64,000 bases of DNA from IMG/VR virus record IMGVR_UViG_3300033997_000092, positions 186,001 to 250,000 of that record. One strand, written 5' to 3'. The stretch's first letter is position 1. Each line of letters starts with the position of its first letter. The notes beneath the pieces were generated by a model. It was not told where the DNA came from. It was given only the letters and a program-made list of their open reading frames with translations, and searched no databases. Shown here piece by piece: positions 57,000-64,000 of the stretch. Position numbers and translations under genes: made by a program.

Positions 57000-58051
57000 G
57001 TCATTCTGGTCGTATCGAAAATGCGTTGACTAAGCTTAATGCGCTTGGTTGGACGTGTGAAGTCCACAACTTCAAAATTCCACAGTTCAGTATGCACGTT
57101 GACTATGATAACAAGCGTCTGGCAATCAACTGTCCGAAAGCATATCATACAGCGCAGATGCTGGACCACGTACACGATATTACTACTGTTGAAACTGAAT
57201 CTTTAAGTGGTCAGAAGTGTGTTGTTCGTGGCGCTTATGTTTATAGCTTTGTTGGTCTGGAAGTCTTTGAATACACTTCTCCAAACTCAGGCGACCATAA
57301 AGCATTTGCTAATCTGGTTCTTACTGGAATGCCACGCAGCATGTACACAGGTGAGTTTTTTCCTGAATCAGAAGACCGTGCTGTAATGCACATTGAAGTC
57401 GAAGGCGATGTCAATATCCAGACTCTGGACGCTGTCGTAGCTGCCGTACAGAACGCAACAGGTTATGTTCGTGAGAAGCCAACTATTCCAGGTCGCTACA
57501 ATGTTCGCCACATTGCTAAAGAAGGTCAACCTGAGTTTATCGGTGAAGAAGTTAACGTCTGGTTAGTTGAAGGCGTCCCTTACGTTGACTTAGACCCAGA
57601 CGGTAGCTGTCCAGTGTCCAGCGTACACGACGGTTTAGAATGGCAATTGATTGAAAAAGCAGACAGCCCTGTTGCTGAAGACGTTCAGGTATCTGTTTGT
57701 GTTCGCCGTTCAGACAGCACAATCGTTACAGCCGACGATGCTCCTGGTAATGGTGGTGCACACCACGAATACAGTATCTCGACAGTACACGATCCTGAAC
57801 TCAACTCCTCGTTTAAGATTGCAGTTTTGCGATTCCAGAATGGCGGAGTAGCAGAAGTCGGTGTTAACGGTATTCAGATTGAAGACCTGTTAGCTATGAG
57901 CGCACATCGTCTGGAGTGTTTCCAAGCAGGTCCGTTTGCCTGTATTCAAAATCAATCAGCGCTGGAAAGCATTAAACATGCACTTGCTACATTAGACGCA
58001 CGTACTGCTGACCGCAAGGCTCGTAATGTAGAAGGCAAACAAGTAGTCTAA
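56996..58051 (+). CDS. Tad1/Acb2-family immune-signal sponge domain fused to a ~235-aa unknown N-terminal region
   Basis: C-terminal GNGGAHHEY ... RFQNG...GVNG..IEDLL...RLECFQAGPF ... RTADRKARNVEG matches the Tad1/Acb2 consensus. Confidence 0.82.
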   Translation: MSHSGRIENALTKLNALGWTCEVHNFKIPQFSMHVDYDNKRLAINCPKAYHTAQMLDHVHDITTVETESLSGQKCVVRGAYVYSFVGLEVFEYTSPNSGDHKAFANLVLTGMPRSMYTGEFFPESEDRAVMHIEVEGDVNIQTLDAVVAAVQNATGYVREKPTIPGRYNVRHIAKEGQPEFIGEEVNVWLVEGVPYVDLDPDGSCPVSSVHDGLEWQLIEKADSPVAEDVQVSVCVRRSDSTIVTADDAPGNGGAHHEYSISTVHDPELNSSFKIAVLRFQNGGVAEVGVNGIQIEDLLAMSAHRLECFQAGPFACIQNQSALESIKHALATLDARTADRKARNVEGKQVV

Positions 58052-58055
58052 CCGT

Positions 58056-58082
58056 AAGAGGGAGCAATTTGCTCCCTCTTTT
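58056..58082 (+). terminator. Intrinsic terminator
   Basis: AAGAGGGAGC-aattt-GCTCCCTCTT then TT, after the stop at 58051. Confidence 0.85.
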
Positions 58083-58103
58083 CGTTTCTATGGTTCAGAG
58101 TCA

Positions 58104-58188
58104 TTATCTCTGTTATCCGTAGCAAAAACAGGACACTATAAAACCGACTGTTTTGAGCTATAGTTATCTCTGTTATCCGTTGCATAAA
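58104..58188 (+). repeat. Two 25-bp direct repeats (23/25 identical), 60-bp period
   Basis: TTATCTCTGTTATCCGT(A/T)GCA(A/T)AAA at 58104-58128 and 58164-58188. Confidence 0.85.
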
Positions 58189-58195
58189 TAGGCTA

Positions 58196-58225
58196 TTGAC
58201 ACCCACCCATATACTCTGCTATAAT
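58196..58225 (+). promoter_or_regulatory. Consensus sigma70 (early) promoter with extended -10
   Basis: TTGACA (58196-58201), 18-nt spacer, TG-c-TATAAT (58220-58225). Confidence 0.9.
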
Positions 58226-58257
58226 AAGCCCATACGTTGAACAGGAGAAAGCATATT

Positions 58258-58551
58258 ATGCTGCCTATACAGATAGCTACTGCAATCGTGATAAACAACA
58301 ACGTACACCGCGCAATATCAGGCGTTAACAGAACACGTTTGGGTATTGGAGCTGGTGGCTTTGTTGAACACCGAATCGTTCTTACTCCGCTCGGTCAGAA
58401 GTGCATGGACTTAGTGAAGCAGGACAGAGAGGCAATGCGTTCGGTTATTTACCAACAGCGTGTTGCTGAATTGAAAGCGCGTGGTATTACAAGACCGGGC
58501 GATATTATGAAATATACATACGATATGTTTGGAGGAAAAGTAAGATGGTAA
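58258..58551 (+). CDS. Hypothetical early protein
   Basis: ATG with SD AGGAG just downstream of the promoter. Confidence 0.75.
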   Translation: MLPIQIATAIVINNNVHRAISGVNRTRLGIGAGGFVEHRIVLTPLGQKCMDLVKQDREAMRSVIYQQRVAELKARGITRPGDIMKYTYDMFGGKVRW

Positions 58552-58991
58552 ACTCAAAAGATCTGAAAGCTGGTTCATTAATCGAAGCACAGTTCAACGA
58601 CGGTCCGAATCGTTCAGGTATCGTAACTGAACTCATACACCAGAAAGGAGCAAAAACTGAAGGTGAACTGTTCGGACTACGCGCCTTGTTTTATATGGAG
58701 GAGTTTAAAGCACACTGGAATATTTCTATTGAAACTTCTCAGGTAGTGTTTGTTGCTCCTACGCAGCCGGATTTACCTGCGTTACTTGACGAAGCCAAAC
58801 AAGCTGTAATGCGCTGGACATGCACTATCGACGGCGAAGAATCTGTGCCACTGAGCTTTGCTTCTATGACAATGCCAGAAGACGGCTTCAACCTAAGCAA
58901 AGAAGAAGCGGACAAACTAAAGTCGATGCAAGTCGGCGATAGTTTCGTTGCTGGTGATGAAGGTCAAGCACTGATTAAACGTGTAGCCTGA
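58545..58991 (+). CDS. Early protein, SH3/KOW-like N-terminus plus shared C-terminal module
   Basis: DLKAGSLIEAQF N-terminus; ends LSKEEADKLKSMQVGDSF...IKRVA. Confidence 0.65.
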   Translation: MVNSKDLKAGSLIEAQFNDGPNRSGIVTELIHQKGAKTEGELFGLRALFYMEEFKAHWNISIETSQVVFVAPTQPDLPALLDEAKQAVMRWTCTIDGEESVPLSFASMTMPEDGFNLSKEEADKLKSMQVGDSFVAGDEGQALIKRVA

Positions 58992-59003
58992 GTTTGATAT
59001 TAG

Positions 59004-59025
59004 TAGGCATTCCACAGAGTGCCTG
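59004..59025 (+). promoter_or_regulatory. Conserved intergenic RNA hairpin, copy 1
   Basis: TAGGCATT-ccacag-AGTGCCTG. Confidence 0.6.
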
Positions 59026-59057
59026 CACTATATGATTCTCAACACAAGGAAAACATT

Positions 59058-59492
59058 ATGTTCGATAACCAAAGCAAAGAAGTAAAATCAATCGCTACAC
59101 GTTTGGCAAAAATCACCAAGCCTCAAATGGCACTTGAACGTATGGCTCAGATTCTAAAAAGCAAAGGCATTAATGGTTATCCGCGTATAGGCCATTATGT
59201 ACCAGACATCGGATTTATGATTCCATCCACTGTTCCTGGTTCTGAGTACATAACTGTACCTCTTGTGCCGAAAGTACACGAACACATCAAAGGCCTTATG
59301 GAGAATCACAAAGGCTTCATTGTGTTGCGCCACAGACCCTTTTCTCTATTAGCTGGGGTTGCTTACCGTTCATCTGATGCGGTCATTGATGAACATGGTG
59401 TAGTACATACAGATAAACTTACATTCAACTGTGAGCGAGTAATGACACTCAGCTTAAACTTAGGCCCACGTTCTTCAAACGGAGATTTATAA
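59058..59492 (+). CDS. Hypothetical early protein
   Basis: ATG with SD AAGGAA; the track used upstream GTG 59019. Confidence 0.7.
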   Translation: MFDNQSKEVKSIATRLAKITKPQMALERMAQILKSKGINGYPRIGHYVPDIGFMIPSTVPGSEYITVPLVPKVHEHIKGLMENHKGFIVLRHRPFSLLAGVAYRSSDAVIDEHGVVHTDKLTFNCERVMTLSLNLGPRSSNGDL

Positions 59493-60061
59493 TGTCAGAT
59501 GCACCAGCAAAATTTTTACCTGTTAAAGGTCGCGTATACACAACTAGCCAGATCGACAATGCGTTGGATCTACGAGACAGTCCTCATTTAGGTTTCTACA
59601 ACATCGACAAGGTAAAGGATGTTGTTCAGGATAGTCATTTGGCTGTCAATCTCAGCACTCTGCCTGGCTGGAAGGACCTGCGCTGGATATTTATTCGTGA
59701 AACACACGAATGGATTCCAATCTTCCAGATCGTGGAAGAAGATGAACCGAAGCTGTTAAAGCTGCTTCGGGAAAGCGATACTGAAGGTGAAGACGAAGAA
59801 GCCGTGTACTACCCACACATACCAGAGGGATTTGATGAAAAGGGCAGACCAGTTAAACCTGTGCATGTTCCTAAGACGTACACGTTGTACGATAAAGAAC
59901 GGCATGTAGACACCGAAGAATCTCGTGGTCCGTTCAACTTACTGTCTCTGATTCACACCACTGATTGGTCTGACGAGGAGTTTGACAAAATCACCGATTT
60001 GACTGTTGGTCAAGTCGTTGAATTTGCCGAAGGTCGTCTGGTAGTAACTCGCGTGAGTTAA
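59492..60061 (+). CDS. Early protein with shared C-terminal module
   Basis: Ends WSDEEFDKITDLTVGQVV...VVTRVS. Confidence 0.7.
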   Translation: MSDAPAKFLPVKGRVYTTSQIDNALDLRDSPHLGFYNIDKVKDVVQDSHLAVNLSTLPGWKDLRWIFIRETHEWIPIFQIVEEDEPKLLKLLRESDTEGEDEEAVYYPHIPEGFDEKGRPVKPVHVPKTYTLYDKERHVDTEESRGPFNLLSLIHTTDWSDEEFDKITDLTVGQVVEFAEGRLVVTRVS

Positions 60062-60062
60062 G

Positions 60063-60097
60063 ATTACTAATGGGCATTGTGTTCAGTGTCCATTGTT
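60063..60097 (+). promoter_or_regulatory. Conserved intergenic RNA hairpin, copy 2
   Basis: ATTACTAATGGGCATT-gtgttc-AGTGTCCATTGTT. Confidence 0.65.
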
Positions 60098-60122
60098 AAT
60101 ACTCAAACAAAGGTAACAGGAT

Positions 60123-61271
60123 ATGCTACAACATTTTATAGTCTGCTTGATAGCAGGCTTCTTTATGTCGTTCTCGCGTTGGTTCAAACACAAAGATGCA
60201 CCAGTTGACCCAAATGTACCAAAACACAGGCGGCCCCGACTAGAGGTAGTCAACTTTGAGAAGATAACACTCAAGGAATTTGGTATAAGCGCAATAGGCA
60301 ATGTGTTTGTTGCTGCATTCAGTATGATATTCTTCTTCATCTACTTGACTACAGCCGCATCCGACTTTGAGATTTTGAATGGCCGTGTAACAGACAAACA
60401 GCGTGATGAAGTCAGTTGTAGCCATTCATACTCCTGCCCGCCTTGCCGTGACGTATGTACAAAACGCAGTGACGGAAGTAGGAGTTGTACACGGGAATGT
60501 TCAACGTGTTATAAACATCGTTATGATGTGGACTGGGATGTGTTTACTACAGTAGGTACATTCACTATATCGCGTGGTCCTAACAATGAACAGGGATTAG
60601 ATATGCCTCCGTACTGGGCGTCTTTACAAATAGGTGACCCAGCCTCGGCAGAACATACTTATGAAAACTTTTTGCTTATCGGCCAGAACAGCCTGAACTT
60701 CAAAGCCGAAAGTGTTGAAGAACGATTTGCAGGTTCGTTACACAAATACCCTGAAGTGTACAACTACTTTGATTATAACCGTGTACTCAACACAACCAAA
60801 GCAGGAACAAGCTGGCTCAATGATAAACTCAATCGTTGGTTATCTGTCAAAGGCAGTCAGAAGCAGCTCAACATCATATACGTGTTGACTGAACAGAACC
60901 CTGAATACTTCTATGCCTTAATGTCGAAGTGGTCTGGCGGTAAAAAGAACGACTTGATTATAGTGATTGGTATGGACAACACAGGAAAAGAGATTCTTTG
61001 GTTCAATGCAAACACGTACGGTAAAGGCATGAACAACCGCGAACTACTGACCGAACTGAAGTTTGCTTCTGTTGGTAAGCCGTTTGACGTAAGCTTGGTA
61101 GACAAGCATTTGGAATTAGTAGATGAAAAGTTTGTGCGTTTACCTGCAGAAACTTTCGCTCAGAAGAAATCTGAAGTTCAGATACCGCTGTGGTTCTCGC
61201 TTATCATGGCATCCTTAAATATGTTAGTTAGCTATTTCATTTCACGTAAAATGAGGGAAGTAAATTTATGA
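60123..61271 (+). CDS. Inner-membrane protein with large periplasmic region (Cys-rich finger, TPM-like domain)
   Basis: Two N-terminal hydrophobic segments, CSHSYSCPPCRDVC...C..ECSTC, QLNIIYV...WSGGKKND.IIVIG, C-terminal TM. Confidence 0.6.
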   Translation: MLQHFIVCLIAGFFMSFSRWFKHKDAPVDPNVPKHRRPRLEVVNFEKITLKEFGISAIGNVFVAAFSMIFFFIYLTTAASDFEILNGRVTDKQRDEVSCSHSYSCPPCRDVCTKRSDGSRSCTRECSTCYKHRYDVDWDVFTTVGTFTISRGPNNEQGLDMPPYWASLQIGDPASAEHTYENFLLIGQNSLNFKAESVEERFAGSLHKYPEVYNYFDYNRVLNTTKAGTSWLNDKLNRWLSVKGSQKQLNIIYVLTEQNPEYFYALMSKWSGGKKNDLIIVIGMDNTGKEILWFNANTYGKGMNNRELLTELKFASVGKPFDVSLVDKHLELVDEKFVRLPAETFAQKKSEVQIPLWFSLIMASLNMLVSYFISRKMREVNL

Positions 61272-61849
61272 AAACGCAAAAAGGTTCGGCTCTGGGTATT
61301 ATTCTGGGTGTGTTGGGTTTATTGTTTTTGGTTGTTGCTCTGATTGCAGCAATTTTCTTTCACTACAAAGACAGAGGCTCCGACTTCCAGGTCAAAATCG
61401 GTTCATCTTACCGTCTGGCTCAATCTTCATTGAGTAAGTACACACTCAAGATGCAGGATTTGAAGGGCCTGAAGAATATGGACACGCAGGCACTGAAGGA
61501 TCTGTTAACTTCATCCAACACTTCACGTTACGGTGCAGACGGTTCTCAGGCTGCGGTACAGTGGTTGAAAGAAAACAACATTCCTGTCAACAACGAACTG
61601 GTAACAAAAATGGCTGTGTTGATTGACTCAGGCCGTGACGAATACGGTGTACAGCAGGAAAACTTAAATGCCGACTGTACCACATTCAAATATGAACTGG
61701 GTCGTAGCTGGAGCGGTCTGTGGTATTCAATCGCTGGTCGTCCTGATGAAAGCAACAAAAAAGAATTCAGCCTGTCTATGTGTGACCTGGTTCTGGATGC
61801 TGCTACAGTAGAAGCATACGAAACCAAACAAGCGAAGTCCGTGTTCTAA
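61268..61849 (+). CDS. Membrane-anchored helical protein (LemA-like), partner of the preceding gene
   Basis: N-terminal TM, helical body, SGLWYSIAG; ATGA-coupled. Confidence 0.5.
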   Translation: MKTQKGSALGIILGVLGLLFLVVALIAAIFFHYKDRGSDFQVKIGSSYRLAQSSLSKYTLKMQDLKGLKNMDTQALKDLLTSSNTSRYGADGSQAAVQWLKENNIPVNNELVTKMAVLIDSGRDEYGVQQENLNADCTTFKYELGRSWSGLWYSIAGRPDESNKKEFSLSMCDLVLDAATVEAYETKQAKSVF

Positions 61850-61850
61850 C

Positions 61851-61885
61851 ATTACTAATAGGCATTCATAGTAGTGCCTATTGTT
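61851..61885 (+). promoter_or_regulatory. Conserved intergenic RNA hairpin, copy 3
   Basis: ATTACTAATAGGCATT-catagt-AGTGCCTATTGTT. Confidence 0.65.
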
Positions 61886-62285
61886 GATGAACGAAAAAGG
61901 AAAACTAATCATGTTAGTAGATGCAAAGAAACTCAAAGCAGTAAAATTCTTGTCGATGCTGGACCAACTATACATTGACATTCTTGGTGCAGAGCCGAAT
62001 ACTATGGAACCAAACTCTCTGGTAGTGTTCACGCAGTTTGCCGACTTAATAGATGACAATACGGAACAAAACATCCGTAACTTGTTTGAAGGCACGATTG
62101 ACCTTGCGTGGACAATACAAGAAAACAGAACATCGGTTCCGTTTTATTCGCAGGGCATTGCTGTATTCATTATCTATTTACTTAAACGTCACTGCAACCG
62201 TTTGAAAGCAGACTGGCCATTAGAGTGGCGTTTGCTTTCAGCCGTCGCTACAAACATCGGCGTATCATTGCGCGAAGGCGACTAA
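61881..62285 (+). CDS. Hypothetical protein (start uncertain, ATG ~61911 has SD AAGGAA)
   Basis: ORF fills the gap between hairpin copy 3 and the next gene. Confidence 0.65.
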   Translation: MLMNEKGKLIMLVDAKKLKAVKFLSMLDQLYIDILGAEPNTMEPNSLVVFTQFADLIDDNTEQNIRNLFEGTIDLAWTIQENRTSVPFYSQGIAVFIIYLLKRHCNRLKADWPLEWRLLSAVATNIGVSLREGD

Positions 62286-62313
62286 ATCAAATCTAAATTT
62301 TATCGAGGTATTT

Positions 62314-62946
62314 ATGAAAGTTTTAAGAATTGCTGTTGAAGGCAAACGTGTAGAAAAACCGCGCTGGACAAAAGAGACACCTGAAGAAAGACTGGCGAGT
62401 GAGCGTTTACCTACGTTCACCGTGTTCGGTACTTCTGACAGAACAGACCCACGTATGCACATGGATATTATGGCAACGGCATCCATAATCCGTGGTGCTG
62501 CTGGTGCCCTGGGCGTGTCTCCTGAAGTGTTTACGTCTGAGTTTAACTTTGAACGAAGTGACCACGAAGACAATATGCACACAATACACTTCTTACCAAA
62601 AGTAAAGCCTGGTGTACTGGCGCATCTGCAATTTCCTGGCGATGACGAACCCCATCTAGTAATGGTTATTGCTGAAGTTCTGGAACGTCAAGGTGTAGTT
62701 TGGGAAAAACACGAACCTAATCGAGAAATCCGTCTTCTCAACAAGATTGATTTGCCTGATACAAACGCCCGTATACAATTTCCACAAGTTGACGGTTGGG
62801 TAGTAGCCAGTGTTATCAAAGAAGTAAAAAACACCAACGCCAGATCCATCCACAGTGCGAAATGGGAACCAGGTTTGGTGATTGGCAGTGATTGGTTCTT
62901 TGTAACGCATGAATCTCTGACACCTATTGATTTTGCTCAATGGTGA
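62314..62946 (+). CDS. Hypothetical protein
   Basis: 210 aa, SD GAGGT. Confidence 0.75.
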   Translation: MKVLRIAVEGKRVEKPRWTKETPEERLASERLPTFTVFGTSDRTDPRMHMDIMATASIIRGAAGALGVSPEVFTSEFNFERSDHEDNMHTIHFLPKVKPGVLAHLQFPGDDEPHLVMVIAEVLERQGVVWEKHEPNREIRLLNKIDLPDTNARIQFPQVDGWVVASVIKEVKNTNARSIHSAKWEPGLVIGSDWFFVTHESLTPIDFAQW

Positions 62947-62949
62947 TTT

Positions 62950-63126
62950 ATGTCAAACAGTGAAAAATCATTTGTAGTATCTACGCCGTTTAGCGAAGTG
63001 GTTATGTCACACCGTGATGTGCTGCGTAAATTCAAGTTCACGCCTGCTCAGAGTAAAACATTCTCTGGATTAGGCATCAATTCAACGATGTCAGTAGGCA
63101 AAACTAACATCAAGCGTAAGGAATAA
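62950..63126 (+). CDS. 58-aa stand-alone copy of the shared C-terminal module (not in ORF track)
   Basis: SD GGTG; MSNSEKSFVVSTPFSEVVMSHRDVLRKFKFTPAQSKTFSGLGINSTMSVGKTNIKRKE*; fills the gap exactly. Confidence 0.65.
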   Translation: MSNSEKSFVVSTPFSEVVMSHRDVLRKFKFTPAQSKTFSGLGINSTMSVGKTNIKRKE

Positions 63127-63130
63127 CAAA

Positions 63131-63766
63131 ATGAAACCAGCTAACAATGCTCCTATGTACGCTGCACTGTATCCTGAATTGGCTGAGATATGCCGTAGCT
63201 TTGGTTATGCGCTTGCTGTTCACGGCACTATGTCACGCGATTTTGATATTGTGGCAATACCGTGGGCAGAAACAATGTCAGGCGGACCTGAAGACGTAGT
63301 TAAAGCGATCTGCAAACGCTTTGCAGTAAACAAAGTCTCGGGCGACCCAGTGATTATGAATCACGGACGAATCTGCTACAATTTGGCACTAATGGGTGAG
63401 TTCTTTTTCGACCTCAGTTTCATAGCAACTGATTCTCCTGCTGTTAAGCTACGCGCAGGCCTGAACCAAGCTATCGAACTACTGGCTACTGCACTGCATG
63501 AGCCTGAGCAGATCACCGAAGAAGAAATCCATGAGCTGCGTACTCTGGAACGTGAATCGGTCGGTGACTCTACTCCGATATGTGTACGACGTTTCACGTT
63601 GACTGTTGACGAAGATGCCGAAGATGTCTCTTATGCTGCTATCAGAAAAAGAGCCGATGCTTTGGACCTGAATGATGAAGATCTGACAAACATTGCTCGC
63701 CTTGATGTTCAGGAAGAGCTTCCGATTCACGAAAATCCAATAGTTATAATCACCCGTATTGCATAA
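63131..63766 (+). CDS. Minimal nucleotidyltransferase-like domain plus shared C-terminal module
   Basis: YALAVHGTMSRDFDIVAIPW (hG[ST]..DxD) and a third acidic motif FFDLSF. Confidence 0.55.
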   Translation: MKPANNAPMYAALYPELAEICRSFGYALAVHGTMSRDFDIVAIPWAETMSGGPEDVVKAICKRFAVNKVSGDPVIMNHGRICYNLALMGEFFFDLSFIATDSPAVKLRAGLNQAIELLATALHEPEQITEEEIHELRTLERESVGDSTPICVRRFTLTVDEDAEDVSYAAIRKRADALDLNDEDLTNIARLDVQEELPIHENPIVIITRIA

Positions 63767-63777
63767 GGAAACAGGCA

Positions 63778-64000
63778 ATGAAAGAATTCCACATTTTAAC
63801 ACACGAAAAAGAAATTCTCCGTGTAGTAGAACGCAACTTAGTTGCTATTGAAGGTGTATTATGTATGCGGGCATATGCACCTAACGGTACTGTTATCAAT
63901 GTAGCCGAATCTCGCATTGTCTACGGACACGAAGACACGCAAGTTTTAGAAACGATGCGTACTGGTAAAGTCAAAGTAAAAGACGTTGCCAGTTGGTGGC
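63778..64000 (+). CDS. Hypothetical protein, truncated by window end
   Basis: SD AAGGAA; MKEFHILTHEKEILRVV... stays open to base 64000. Confidence 0.65.
   Translation, partial: MKEFHILTHEKEILRVVERNLVAIEGVLCMRAYAPNGTVINVAESRIVYGHEDTQVLETMRTGKVKVKDVASWW

Noticed and set aside
58104-58180. TTATC words as DnaA boxes
   Set aside because: They match at most 6-7 of 9 positions of TTATCCACA; an origin cannot be supported from this alone.
58104-58188. CRISPR array
   Set aside because: Only two repeats, no palindrome or typical terminal motif, and no cas genes in the window; kept only as a direct-repeat finding.
1-64000. Stop-codon reassignment, tRNA genes, rRNA, integrase/att sites
   Set aside because: Genes tile densely under the standard code with TAA, TAG and TGA all used as stops. 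Intergenic gaps are mostly too short and none showed a cloverleaf by eye; tRNAscan-SE would be decisive.

Overview
A 64 kb piece of a large (probably jumbo) contractile-tailed dsDNA phage of a Gram-negative host; the spanin-type lipoprotein and the E. coli-type NrdA tail motif point to Gammaproteobacteria. It uses the standard genetic code and has three blocks. (1) 1-5842, plus strand: 5'-3' exonuclease, a divergent macrodomain-like protein, a peptidase M15A lysin and a MazG-like protein. (2) 6055-45216, minus strand, a late operon: PAAR, gp25-like, gp6/J-like and wedge baseplate genes; a tail-collar fibre; four collagen-like fibres (one ending in a Hint domain); two giant Calx-beta adhesin fibres; a major fibre; a four-gene envelope module; an ordered array of about 16 paralogous structural-type genes; and holin/spanin candidates. 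(3) 45277-64000, plus strand: RNase HI, a 2OG-Fe(II) oxygenase, thymidylate synthase, a P-loop kinase, a C39-like peptidase, a Tad1/Acb2-family sponge fusion and many early hypothetical genes. The strongest novelty candidates are an unannotated 40-aa ORF copying the redox C-terminal tail of ribonucleotide reductase alpha, a coupled four-gene periplasm-to-cytoplasm relay, the Tad1/Acb2 fusion, the Long-Short cassette array, a 10-triplet cysteine register in all four collagens, and a family of covarying intergenic RNA hairpins. All family assignments come from motif recognition by eye; no database search or computation was run. I saw no tRNA, rRNA, CRISPR array, integrase or reverse transcriptase.
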